Shown: positions 30,213-39,751 of the stretch, piece by piece
Numbering within the stretch: position 1 is the first letter of the stretch
Layout: every line of letters starts with the position of its first letter
Origin: Candidatus Nomurabacteria bacterium RIFOXYD2_FULL_35_12
GTDB taxonomy: Bacteria > Patescibacteriota > Minisyncoccia > Phycocordibacterales > UBA9973
Assembly (NCBI GenBank): GCA_001786365.1
Contig: MFWK01000022.1
Coordinates: forward strand, 15,087 to 79,086
DNA length: 64,000 nucleotides
Reading direction: 5' to 3'
Made by a program: the position numbers and the translations under genes
Notes under the pieces: generated by a model
The model's input: only the letters and a program-made list of their open reading frames with translations
Told to the model about the DNA's origin: nothing
The model's database searches: none

Positions 30213-31870
30213 ATGTTTTTTACAGTTCCTAAAACTTTATTTGCTTCATCATAATTTATCGGACAAGCAATAATATGCACACCCTTAGAATTAAACGCCT
30301 TTTTCAAAAGTAGAGCAAGGTCTTCTGTTTTTTCAACCTTGTGTCCTACTGCGCCAAAACTCTCTGCCAGCCTTATAAAATCAGGGTTATTAAAGGAAAG
30401 ACCAAATGAGGACAAGTTCATATTTTTCTGTTTCCATCGAATCATTCCGAAACCAGCATCATCCATCACAAGCACGACTAAATCCAGCTTTAAACGCACG
30501 GCTGTTTCTAATTCTCCGATACTCATCATCATTCCTCCATCGCCAGCTACAACTAAAACTTTTTCGTCTGGATGAAGAATTTTTAATGCAATACCGGAAG
30601 GCAAACCTGCACCCATAGTGGCAAGAGCATTATCTAAAAGAATACTATTTGTATTTTTTGTAATAAAGTTGCGAGCAACCCAGAGCTTATACATACCGTT
30701 ATCTAATGCGAGGATACTATCTTCAGGCATTATTTTATTTATATCAGAAACAATACGTTCTGGACGAAGTGGAAAATCAGATGATTGAGAAAATTTAGCT
30801 ATGTCTTTTTTGAGAACATCTCGCACTTTGAAAAAATAATTAAAATCCCAAGCAGGATTTCCGCCAGAGGCGGATCCGCCTTGGGCGGATATTTTTTTAG
30901 TAAAAGCCGAAAGAGTTTTGGAAATATCTCCAATAACTTCATGTGTTGGAACATAAACTTCCGGCACAACAGAAGAAAAATAATTTATATGGATAATTTT
31001 CTTCCCTGAATTTTTATCTAAAATAAATGGAGGCTTTTCTACAACATCATGACCGATTAAGATGATGGTGTCTGCATGATTTAATGCCTGATGCACATAG
31101 TCTCCTGATGACAGAGCAGTAGTGCCAATATATAATTTAGAATTCTCGTCAAACGACCCTTTCCCCATCTGAGTAGAAATGAAAGGTATGCCAGACTTTT
31201 CTATAAGCAATTTTAACTCTTTGCTGATAGATTTATTATTTGCGCCCCTGCCTAAAACAATAATGGGATGTTTTGATTTTTCTATTTCCAAAATAGCTTG
31301 ATTAATAATTTTTTCATCTGAAATAGGGTAATTTATTTTTTTAACAATTTTTATATCCGCATTACAAGATTCACTTGCTACATCTTCGGGTAATTCTAAA
31401 TGCACTGCGCCAGCGCGTTCCATCTCAGCTAGGCTTATAGCTTCAGCCACTAAACTAGACACATTTTTGCCGGATGTGATAGTTTTAGAAAATTTTGTAA
31501 TTGGCTTCATCATCGCTACGATATCAACAATTTGGAATTTTCCTTGTTTGTTATTTTTTATCGCTTTTTGGCCAGTAATAACCAAAAGAGGAAAACCACC
31601 CAACTGTGCATAAGCCACGCCTGTAAGCAGATTTGTGGCTCCAGGGCCGAGAGTAGACAATGCCACACCGACTTTGCCCGTCATTCTGCCAAATGTAGAG
31701 GCCATAAATACGGCGCCTTGCTCAATGCGAGTAGTGATAAAACTTATTTTAGATTTTCGAACGGCCTCTAAAAAAACTAAATTCTCCTCCCCTGGTACAC
31801 CAAAAATATGAAAAACTCCATTAGCTTCTAAACATTCCACCAACACTTCAGCTGTATTTTTCTTTTGCAT
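30209..31870 (-). CDS. TPP-dependent acetolactate-synthase-like 2-oxoacid decarboxylase
   Basis: FGVPGEENL, EQGA, STLGPGATN, DNALATMG, GDGG TPP motif. Confidence 0.88.
   Translation of the reverse strand: MQKKNTAEVLVECLEANGVFHIFGVPGEENLVFLEAVRKSKISFITTRIEQGAVFMASTFGRMTGKVGVALSTLGPGATNLLTGVAYAQLGGFPLLVITGQKAIKNNKQGKFQIVDIVAMMKPITKFSKTITSGKNVSSLVAEAISLAEMERAGAVHLELPEDVASESCNADIKIVKKINYPISDEKIINQAILEIEKSKHPIIVLGRGANNKSISKELKLLIEKSGIPFISTQMGKGSFDENSKLYIGTTALSSGDYVHQALNHADTIILIGHDVVEKPPFILDKNSGKKIIHINYFSSVVPEVYVPTHEVIGDISKTLSAFTKKISAQGGSASGGNPAWDFNYFFKVRDVLKKDIAKFSQSSDFPLRPERIVSDINKIMPEDSILALDNGMYKLWVARNFITKNTNSILLDNALATMGAGLPSGIALKILHPDEKVLVVAGDGGMMMSIGELETAVRLKLDLVVLVMDDAGFGMIRWKQKNMNLSSFGLSFNNPDFIRLAESFGAVGHKVEKTEDLALLLKKAFNSKGVHIIACPINYDEANKVLGTVKNI
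30860..30889. mobile_element. Family C double hairpin, in frame (SAQGGSASGG)
   Basis: tccgcc-aga-ggcgga tccgcc-ttg-ggcgga, 30 bp. Confidence 0.8.
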
Positions 31871-31875
31871 TTTTG

Positions 31876-31946
31876 CGGGCGATGAAGGAATCGAACCTTC
31901 GACTGTTCTTTTGGAGAGAATTATGATGCCACTTCACCAATCGCCC
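31876..31946 (-). tRNA. tRNA-Trp(CCA)
   Basis: GGGCGAT/ATCGCCC; TTCT-CTCCAAA-AGAA; GAAGG-TTCGATT-CCTTC. Confidence 0.9.
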
Positions 31947-31986
31947 GTAACCTTATTTATACCTTAATTTTGGAAAAAGGGCAAAA

Positions 31987-32011
31987 GAAAACCCCTATTT
32001 AAGGGGTTTTC
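31987..32011 (-). terminator. Intrinsic terminator after rpmG
   Basis: gaaaacccct-attta-aggggttttc. Confidence 0.65.
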
Positions 32012-32020
32012 TGAGAAAAT

Positions 32021-32179
32021 CTATTTCTTTATCTCTTTATGCTTTGTCTGCTTTCGGCACCATTTGCAATACTTTTTGAGCTCGATCTTTTTAGTGACGA
32101 GTTTCTTGTTTTTACTGGACCAGTAATTTACGCGTTTGCAGGTTCCGCAGGCGAGTTTTATAAGTCTATCTTGTGACAT
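32021..32179 (-). CDS. rpmG: 50S ribosomal protein L33 (Zn-ribbon form), not in the ORF track
   Basis: MSQDRLIKLACGTCKRVNYWSSKNKKLVTKKIELKKYCKWCRKQTKHKEIKK. Confidence 0.93.
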   Translation of the reverse strand: MSQDRLIKLACGTCKRVNYWSSKNKKLVTKKIELKKYCKWCRKQTKHKEIKK

Positions 32180-32214
32180 ATCTATATATTAGTATAAAAA
32201 ATCTTAAATTGCAA

Positions 32215-32249
32215 CCCCGAAGCAGAGCCTAGGCTCGCTACGGGGCAGG
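32215..32249 (+). mobile_element. Family E element, intergenic
   Basis: ccccgaa-gcagagcctaggctcgc-tacggggcagg. Confidence 0.75.
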
Positions 32250-32256
32250 CTCCCAT

Positions 32257-33405
32257 TTATGTGTAAAATCTTTTAATAAGAGGGTTAATTCGAGTAATAG
32301 TTTCATACCAAGATAAATCTAAAATATTACTAATCCCTTCCATAGAACAAGACGAATTGCTATCATTTCCAATAACTACAACTTCATCTCCTGCATATAG
32401 ATTTTTTACTTCACTTACATCAATACAAACCATATCCATAGAAACCCTACCGATGACTTTACATTCTTCCCCTTTGACAATCATCCTGCCGATTGAAGAA
32501 AGAGAGCGAGGATATCCATGCCAATACCCCACAGGCACGATAGCTATCAAGCCATCTTTGGCTAATGATTCTGTTAGATCATAGCCCATTCGATTACCCT
32601 TTGGTTGTTTTTTGATTTCAGTAATTAATGATTTCCAAGAAAGGATTGGCTTAAGTAAAATCTTGTCTTGCAAAGCAGCCTTAGTTTCTTTTGAAGGCCA
32701 TAAACCATAAAGTCCTATGCCTATGCGCACCATATCAAAATGAGAATTTGGGAAAAGTAATGCACCAGCTGTGGCTCCCGCATGAGCTATTGGTTTCAAA
32801 CCCTCTTGCTTAAAATCATGAATCCATAATTTGAAATCTTTTATCTGCCCTTCAGTATCTGCAGGAAAAGATGGATTTTTTGCAGAAGCAAAATGAGTAA
32901 ATAATCCTTCGACATAAATATTGTCATTTTTCTGTGAGCTCAAAATTTTTAACAATTTTTTACGGTCTTCCATTTGAAATCCTTGACGATGCATGCCTGT
33001 ATCAACCTTTATATGAATATTCAAAGGTTTAATAAAATGTTTTTGATTAGCAATTATGTATTCTAATGATTCAAAATTTGATACAGATAAAGAAATATTA
33101 TTACTGGTAGCTAAATTAACCATTTCTGGAAGCGTATAACCTAACACCAAAATAGGCGTTTTAATTCCTTCTTTCCTTAAAGCTAAACCTTCCACTATCG
33201 AATCTACACCCAAAAAATTAGCCCCTAAATTCTCCATTTCTCGCGCAAAATCAATAAGACTGTGGCCATAAGCATTAGATTTTATTACTGCCATGAGCTT
33301 AGTTTTTTTAGAAATCAAAGATCGAAAGACTGAAAAATTGTGAGCAACAGCTTTTCGGTCAATTTCAATCCAAGTCCTCAAGCCTTTTCTTTGTTCTTTA
33401 TTCAT
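32257..33405 (-). CDS. alr: Alanine racemase
   Basis: AVIKSNAYGH, KVDTGMHRQG, FTHF, RIGIGLYG, GRVSMD. Confidence 0.96.
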   Translation of the reverse strand: MNKEQRKGLRTWIEIDRKAVAHNFSVFRSLISKKTKLMAVIKSNAYGHSLIDFAREMENLGANFLGVDSIVEGLALRKEGIKTPILVLGYTLPEMVNLATSNNISLSVSNFESLEYIIANQKHFIKPLNIHIKVDTGMHRQGFQMEDRKKLLKILSSQKNDNIYVEGLFTHFASAKNPSFPADTEGQIKDFKLWIHDFKQEGLKPIAHAGATAGALLFPNSHFDMVRIGIGLYGLWPSKETKAALQDKILLKPILSWKSLITEIKKQPKGNRMGYDLTESLAKDGLIAIVPVGYWHGYPRSLSSIGRMIVKGEECKVIGRVSMDMVCIDVSEVKNLYAGDEVVVIGNDSNSSCSMEGISNILDLSWYETITRINPLIKRFYT

Positions 33406-33408
33406 TCT

Positions 33409-34377
33409 TTATTTAACTGTAGTTTTTAATTTCTGTTCTCTTTCAAAACGAGCTATTGCAAAACTTATCAATTTGTCTAAAAGAATCGTCTGTGATATTC
33501 CGTCTGCCTCCCATAACTTTGGATACATGCTGATGTTTGTGAATCCAGGGATGGTATTTATCTCATTCGCTATCACTTCTCCATTTTCCTTCAAGAAAAA
33601 GTCAACTCGGCCCATTCCTTCGCAAGATAACACTTTAAATACTTTCACAGCCAACTCTTGGACTTTTTTAGAAGTTTCCTTGCTGATTTTTGCAGGAATA
33701 TTTATAACATATCCATCGTCTATATATTTTGCATCATATGAATAGAAATCTTGATTCGCAATAATTTCCCCCGGAGTTGAAGCAATAGGATTCTCATTAC
33801 CCATGACAGAACATTCTATTTCTCGCCCATCAATAAATTCTTCAATAACTATTTTACTATCAAACTTAAATGCTTCTGTGACAGCTTTTTTAAAATCTTT
33901 TTCATTTCGTACTTTACTGATTCCAACAGAAGAACCCATATTTGCCGGTTTGATGAATAATGGCAAACCCAATTTATTTTTAACTTCATTAAAATTTATT
34001 TTTTCATTATTCCTAATAGTTATAAATTTCCCTATCGGAATACCTGCATCTCGGAATAATCTTTTCATCACATCTTTGTCCATACCCACAGCCGAACCGA
34101 GCACACTCGGACCCACAAATGGAACACCAGCCAACTTGAGCAAACCTTGCATGCTACCATCTTCGCCAAAAGGTCCGTGCATTACCGGAAAAATCACATC
34201 AAATTTTTTAACTAAATTGAAATCAAAATTTCCATCCCGTCCTATTTTTATTGGAGTTATTTCATATTTCGTCTTATCTAGGGCATTTATTACATTTTTA
34301 GCGGACAACAAAGACACATCATGTTCTGCTGATTTGCCTCCAAAAAGCACCCCAATTTTTAATTTCTTCTTTGCCAT
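33409..34377 (-). CDS. ddl: D-alanine-D-alanine ligase
   Basis: FGGKSAEHDVS, HGPFGEDG, KPANMGSS, NEINTIPG. Confidence 0.97.
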   Translation of the reverse strand: MAKKKLKIGVLFGGKSAEHDVSLLSAKNVINALDKTKYEITPIKIGRDGNFDFNLVKKFDVIFPVMHGPFGEDGSMQGLLKLAGVPFVGPSVLGSAVGMDKDVMKRLFRDAGIPIGKFITIRNNEKINFNEVKNKLGLPLFIKPANMGSSVGISKVRNEKDFKKAVTEAFKFDSKIVIEEFIDGREIECSVMGNENPIASTPGEIIANQDFYSYDAKYIDDGYVINIPAKISKETSKKVQELAVKVFKVLSCEGMGRVDFFLKENGEVIANEINTIPGFTNISMYPKLWEADGISQTILLDKLISFAIARFEREQKLKTTVK

Positions 34378-34417
34378 AGGGTGTAGTATACAATAATTAT
34401 TTTAAAAATACACTTTT

Positions 34418-36130
34418 CTAATATACTTCTTTTTTGTAACAACTGTCACAGTAAATAATTTCTGGTCTGTCGGGAGCATAGGAAGTTTCAAATTCATTTT
34501 TGCATCCTTGGTTCATACACTTCCTGTGATAAAGTTTTGGTGGGTTTAATATTTCTATTCTTTCCATATGTCTACAATTTGGACAAAGTTTTGGTAATGG
34601 CACTTCTAATATTTTAGAAATGTTTAATTCATTTTGAATTATACGAAAAGCAGTGGTGCATTTATGATTACAATCACCATTATGTTCGCATTGTATTATT
34701 TCTTTTAAAATATTATCGTCAGCATTTTTTATTACTGGTAGTTTATCAAAAGTAATTGTCGGCTTATAATTTTTTACTTCAGGCTCTTTATACTTATATC
34801 CTTTTCTTAAAATTTCTTCTTTAGTTAATGGAAAATATTCTGAAACCACCGAATCATTATAAGCGAAAGGAATAATTTCAAATGGAAAAAATTCTCCATA
34901 TTTGTATATTCTCCCTTTTTTATCAATAAAAGGCATCTCTTCCATACTTTTTTTAATTTTAAGTACAAATTCATCATATTCTTCTTTACTATATTGTGTA
35001 TTTAAAATACAATATTGCTTTTTACGTAATCCAGCACAAGCAAAAAGATACTCAGAATTATAACAATCATCAGAATATTCAACATTGTGAGAATAATAAA
35101 CTCTGGTAGAAAATTTCACTCTATTATCTCCAAAACCGCTATGTACTTCACAGCATTCTGTTGACCCGAGGCCCACATGGTCAATATCAAAACAATCCTT
35201 TGAATTTGTCCCTGCACAGAAAAAAACGTAATTCATATTTTCACCATCGGGAACAAGAAAAGCATGATGACAGTCTTTGACATTCTCCAAATTATCACCA
35301 GTAGAATTAATTATATTTTTTATGTTTGCGTATTTTCTTGGAAAATTTAAAGAATGTTGCCAAAATTCTTTTTTCATTTTTTCCAGACTTTCTCGGTCTG
35401 ATAAATTCATTTCTTTTACTCTTCTTTCATACTCGTCTTTTGAATATTGTATATTAAAAATACAGTGAGTTTTACCAACTAAATTTGTACACCCAACACA
35501 ACTAGAGCAATTTCTGCAAGCATAAATAAACCATGAATCCATACAATTTTCCGAAAAATATCCATATTTTACTTTATAGCAATTTATTACCCGCAAAGAT
35601 TCATAACAAAGCTCATTATTATGAGAAAAATCTACATCCGAAGAACTTTTTAGATAAAAATTTTGAGCAGAATAATTTGAATCCTCATAATGATGCCCGC
35701 CAAAACAAAGATAAGAATTTTTTATATAAACAATTTGATTCGTGTATTCACTGTTTTCCGCAAAATCCTGATATAACGCACGCCTAGGAATTGATTTTAA
35801 AAGTTCTCCAAGTTGTTCAAAAAAGGATCGGAAAAAATCAATTTTTTTACCAAATTTAAATGGATCCCAATTATCTGAATTGTAACAATCAATACAGTAA
35901 ACTAGATATTTTTGCTCCGGATCATACATAGAAATCACGGATTTCTTACAAAGACCGCAATCCTGTTTATAGAGAGAACGTTCATTTCTAAAAAGCATTC
36001 TTCTCACCATCCGACACTCTGGGCACCAAGTAGGCGGAGGAACTTGGATTTTTTCGTAAAATTTGAAATCATCCGGAAAAATTGTAAATTCTTTTTTGCA
36101 GTTTTGACAATTTTTAGTTTCAACTTTCAT
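34418..36130 (-). CDS. Cys-rich CPR-type hypothetical protein (paralog 2)
   Basis: MKVETKNCQNCKK...CPECR..RR..FRNER...CDSCYKKEVY; the upstream extension is repeat-derived. Confidence 0.85.
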   Translation of the reverse strand: MKVETKNCQNCKKEFTIFPDDFKFYEKIQVPPPTWCPECRMVRRMLFRNERSLYKQDCGLCKKSVISMYDPEQKYLVYCIDCYNSDNWDPFKFGKKIDFFRSFFEQLGELLKSIPRRALYQDFAENSEYTNQIVYIKNSYLCFGGHHYEDSNYSAQNFYLKSSSDVDFSHNNELCYESLRVINCYKVKYGYFSENCMDSWFIYACRNCSSCVGCTNLVGKTHCIFNIQYSKDEYERRVKEMNLSDRESLEKMKKEFWQHSLNFPRKYANIKNIINSTGDNLENVKDCHHAFLVPDGENMNYVFFCAGTNSKDCFDIDHVGLGSTECCEVHSGFGDNRVKFSTRVYYSHNVEYSDDCYNSEYLFACAGLRKKQYCILNTQYSKEEYDEFVLKIKKSMEEMPFIDKKGRIYKYGEFFPFEIIPFAYNDSVVSEYFPLTKEEILRKGYKYKEPEVKNYKPTITFDKLPVIKNADDNILKEIIQCEHNGDCNHKCTTAFRIIQNELNISKILEVPLPKLCPNCRHMERIEILNPPKLYHRKCMNQGCKNEFETSYAPDRPEIIYCDSCYKKEVY

Positions 36131-36140
36131 AATTTTTTTT

Positions 36141-36183
36141 TCAAAAGGGCATCTCTTGGAACCATCCAAGGGATGCCCTTGGA
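36141..36183. repeat. Paired hairpins (TCCAAGGG-ATG-CCCTTGGA type)
   Basis: tcaaaagggcatctcttgga followed by tccaagggatgcccttgga; related to 39862. Confidence 0.6.
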
Positions 36184-36186
36184 TTC

Positions 36187-37323
36187 TTAAAACAATTTAA
36201 CTATATCGTGATATGTGACAGCGAGCATCAAAATAATTAAAATACCAAAACCAATCATATTCGCAGTATTGGCAAATTTTGGATTTATGCGTGAACCTTT
36301 TATTTTTTCAATAAGTAAAAAGAAAAGTCGTCCACCGTCTAATGCTGGAAATGGCAATAAATTTATGATTGCGAGGTTCACAGAAATAAGCGCAGTAAAA
36401 GATAAAAGATAAACAAAACCGAATTGATAGGCATCACCCACGATGCCCACCATACCGACAGGTCCAGTAACTGATGAGAAGCTTCCTTTACCCTGTATAC
36501 CCTCTGCAATAAGCGTATAAAGCCCTAAAACAGTACCTTTAGTGATAAACCAAGTTAATGACATTCCCTCTTTTAAGGCTGAAAATAGGGGTAATTTGAC
36601 AGTTCCGATCATGTCCATAGATATGCCAATTTCTGGGATATTATTTGTTTTATTTATTACTGGAGTAACGACAGCTAAATTTATATTTTTGTCTTGTCCG
36701 CGTATGTATCCAACGGTTATTTCCCCGCCTGCAACGCTTTGCGTAGCATTGCGGGCAGGTTTTTTACTATGAGATAATATAAAAGATTTCAAAGTGTCAG
36801 GATTTATATCTGAAACAGAATCTTTACCACTTGCGAGTGAAATAATTTTATCACCAGACTTAAGTCCTGCTATTTGTGCTGGAGATTTCTCTAACACAGA
36901 AACAACTGTTAAATTTATATTACTCAATTTATAACCGGCAGACTCTCCACTCACAGAAGTTGGCAATCCAGACATAAAACCAATTGAAAATAAAAACCAT
37001 GCTAATAAAAGATTCGCAAAAACCCCGGCAAATAAAACTATGGCTTGTTGCCATTTTGGTTTATTAACAAAACTCCTACTCGCATCAGGTCCAAAAGTAT
37101 TTTCATCATCAGGATTCTCACCAAAAATTTTAACAAAACCACCGATAGGTAAAAGATTTAAACTATATTCAGTCTCTCCGTATTTCTTACCATAAATCTT
37201 TGGTGGAAAACCAAAACCAAATTCATCAACCCGAATACCAAACTTTTTTGCAGTAAAAAAATGCCCAAACTCATGGACCAGTACGAGGACGAGAAGTATT
37301 ATTATGAAAATTAATATATTCAA
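36187..37323 (-). CDS. rseP: RIP metalloprotease RseP (M50, PDZ)
   Basis: HEFGH, GFGP-like motif, GGFVKI, NLLPFPALDGG. Confidence 0.95.
   Translation of the reverse strand: MNILIFIIILLVLVLVHEFGHFFTAKKFGIRVDEFGFGFPPKIYGKKYGETEYSLNLLPIGGFVKIFGENPDDENTFGPDASRSFVNKPKWQQAIVLFAGVFANLLLAWFLFSIGFMSGLPTSVSGESAGYKLSNINLTVVSVLEKSPAQIAGLKSGDKIISLASGKDSVSDINPDTLKSFILSHSKKPARNATQSVAGGEITVGYIRGQDKNINLAVVTPVINKTNNIPEIGISMDMIGTVKLPLFSALKEGMSLTWFITKGTVLGLYTLIAEGIQGKGSFSSVTGPVGMVGIVGDAYQFGFVYLLSFTALISVNLAIINLLPFPALDGGRLFFLLIEKIKGSRINPKFANTANMIGFGILIILMLAVTYHDIVKLF
36724..36759 (-). mobile_element. Family B 36-bp element, in frame in rseP (PARNATQSVAGG)
   Basis: cctgcccgcaatgctacgcaaagcgttgcaggcggg; 34/36 identical to the rplY copy. 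Confidence 0.88.
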
Positions 37324-37346
37324 TTCGTAATTCTTAATTCGTAATT
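37322..37346. repeat. 7-bp tandem repeat (AATTCGT)
   Basis: aattcgt aattctt aattcgt aatt. Confidence 0.55.
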
Positions 37347-37350
37347 AACT

Positions 37351-37902
37351 TTACCCCATTACTTCTTTCTGTTTTTTCTCAAAACTTGCTTCTAGGTTTC
37401 TATTTGCCTCATCAATGATTTTTTGTAGTTCGTCTTTTGCTCGGAATTTTTCATCTTCGGTCAATTTTCCTGCTTTTTCTTTCTCTTCCACATCTCTCCA
37501 AATACGTTCTCGTTCTCGACGAACTGTAATTCTTTGTTCCTCTAATTTTTCTTTTAAGACTTTTACGAGGTTTTGCCTCGTTTCTGTAGTTAACTGAGGA
37601 AAAATAACTCTGATACCTAAGTCATCAGTAGCCACAGAGAGACCCAAGTTTGCAGCCACTATCGCCTTTTCAATATCTTTTACCTGACTTTTGTCCCAAG
37701 GCGTGATACGCAGAGTCTTTGAATCTTCTATGTTAATATTTGCAACATTTTTAAGCGGAACTCGTGAGCCATATGACTCTACTGATACTCCGTCTAGAAC
37801 CATAGGCGACGCACGGCCTATATTTAACTGACCGTATTCTTTAGTCAAAAATTTCCCTACTTTTTTTAACTCTGTTTTAAATTGTGAAAAGTTGTATTGC
37901 AT
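37351..37902 (-). CDS. frr: Ribosome recycling factor
   Basis: GRASP, YGS.VPL, PWD, IEKAI, LTTETR, LQKIID. Confidence 0.95.
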   Translation of the reverse strand: MQYNFSQFKTELKKVGKFLTKEYGQLNIGRASPMVLDGVSVESYGSRVPLKNVANINIEDSKTLRITPWDKSQVKDIEKAIVAANLGLSVATDDLGIRVIFPQLTTETRQNLVKVLKEKLEEQRITVRRERERIWRDVEEKEKAGKLTEDEKFRAKDELQKIIDEANRNLEASFEKKQKEVMG

Positions 37903-38020
37903 CCCGTTAGAGATAGAGAATCTTTAGATTCTCGTAATTTTATTTAATAATTCGACAAAACATACTATCATTATTATTTACATACCCGTTTGATTTTTTA
38001 ACAATATGATCTCTAACGGG
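37903..38020 (-). mobile_element. Family A element at the frr start codon
   Basis: ATGCAAT-cccgttagaga...tctctaacggg-ATGCAAT on the minus strand. Confidence 0.88.
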
Positions 38021-38053
38021 ATTGCATATTTCCATTGTAGCACTATTTTTCAT

Positions 38054-39736
38054 TTAGTAAACCTCTTGCTGATAGCATTTCTCACAAAAAATTATCTCTG
38101 ACCGGTCTGGAGAATATGGTGTCTCAAATTTATTTTTACATCCACCCTTCATACATTTCCTATGCCAAAGTTTATTTGGTCCCCTATTTTTAAATCGTCT
38201 TGTATGTCTACACTCAGGGCAATTTCGCGGAATCGGTATATTCATTCTTTTATAAAAAATAAGTTCGTCTGTAATTATCCGATAATTTTTTTCACATTCT
38301 ATGCATACAAAAACTTCTTTATTCACGTCAAAATCTTTTGGTAATTCCAAAATAGAATCTGGAAAATTTTTCCAATCTATGGTTTCTTTACCAAAAGTGC
38401 CACGTGATGTGTCTTCCCATTTAAATCCTTGTTTTAGAGCTTCTTCTTTATTTAATGGAAACTCATCCATTACCGAAGATTCATTGTATCCAAGCGGAGC
38501 AAATTCTTTAGGGAAAAATTCCCCATAAATTCCTTCCTTTTTCATTTTCTCAATAATTTCAACGCGCAATTTCTCATATTCTTCTTTTGTGTATTGCTTA
38601 TTTAAAATGCAATAAGAGCCTTGAATCAAACCTGCACACCCAAAACAATTATTAGAATTAGGACAATTTAAACAATATTCCATAAAATTAGATTCCCAAC
38701 AATAATAACTGCAAATCACATTAGCGCATTGCATTCCAATGTTTAAAGAGTTGTAAATTAGTTCAGCTGTACGTCCGGCAGTATTACAATCCATACAATT
38801 TTTTGCTTCACGCCAAACATGAATAGAATAAGCATTATCTTCCGCATCATAAGAATGAAAACAATGCTTATTATTTCTAACATTCTTCATATAATTACCC
38901 GTAGAATTGACAGCATTTGTAATTTCCGCAAATTTTCTGGGCTTGTCTTTAATAAAATCTGCGAATTCTTTTTTAAAACTCTCAACACCAGAATAAGTGT
39001 CTAGCTTAAAAGATTTTAATTTTTTCTCGTATTCTTCTTTTGTGTATGGTTTATTAAAAATATGATATTTTTGTTCCCTTAAATTTATACATCCAAGACA
39101 GCTTGTACATCCCCTACAATCAAGCAGAAAAAAACTATCTAGACAGTTGTAACAACCTTTTGACCAACGCAAAGAATGACAATCATAACAATCGTCGACT
39201 TCATAAGAAAGTTCAACTTGATTCGTAAAAGAACAATCTGTTAAATCTTTTGAAAGCTGTATCCAATAGCAGTTCGTGCAATTTTCATTGTTAGAAGATT
39301 CCATAATCATGTAACAATTTTTTGTATCAGCAGTATGGTTAAGATATTCAGAATTAACACTGTTCATATGGACGAGAGCAGGTTTTGGAACTTTCTGCCA
39401 CAATTCATTGAACTGCTCAAAAAAAGATTTTTTAGGATTATATTCCAACGCATAATCTTTACCCTGCAAATCATCACTACGCCAACATTTGTGACACCAT
39501 ACGGGATAAGTCTTGTTGGCGCTAAACATAGAGATGGTGTTTTTTTTACAATTATCGCAGACACGTTTATATAGAAACCTTTCATTCCTAAAAATTAGCC
39601 GAAGCTGTGAACGGCACTCTGGACAAAGCTTTGGTGGAAGTACTCCCATCTTTTCATAAAATCCAAAGTCATTCGGCTCTATAGTAAAGTATTTTTTGCA
39701 GTTCTGACATATTTTATTTTCTACTATATACGCCAT
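38054..39736 (-). CDS. Cys-rich CPR-type hypothetical protein (paralog 3)
   Basis: CQNCKK...CPECR...FRNER...CEKCYQQEVY. Confidence 0.85.
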   Translation of the reverse strand: MAYIVENKICQNCKKYFTIEPNDFGFYEKMGVLPPKLCPECRSQLRLIFRNERFLYKRVCDNCKKNTISMFSANKTYPVWCHKCWRSDDLQGKDYALEYNPKKSFFEQFNELWQKVPKPALVHMNSVNSEYLNHTADTKNCYMIMESSNNENCTNCYWIQLSKDLTDCSFTNQVELSYEVDDCYDCHSLRWSKGCYNCLDSFFLLDCRGCTSCLGCINLREQKYHIFNKPYTKEEYEKKLKSFKLDTYSGVESFKKEFADFIKDKPRKFAEITNAVNSTGNYMKNVRNNKHCFHSYDAEDNAYSIHVWREAKNCMDCNTAGRTAELIYNSLNIGMQCANVICSYYCWESNFMEYCLNCPNSNNCFGCAGLIQGSYCILNKQYTKEEYEKLRVEIIEKMKKEGIYGEFFPKEFAPLGYNESSVMDEFPLNKEEALKQGFKWEDTSRGTFGKETIDWKNFPDSILELPKDFDVNKEVFVCIECEKNYRIITDELIFYKRMNIPIPRNCPECRHTRRFKNRGPNKLWHRKCMKGGCKNKFETPYSPDRSEIIFCEKCYQQEVY

Positions 39737-39751
39737 GGCTGATATATAATT

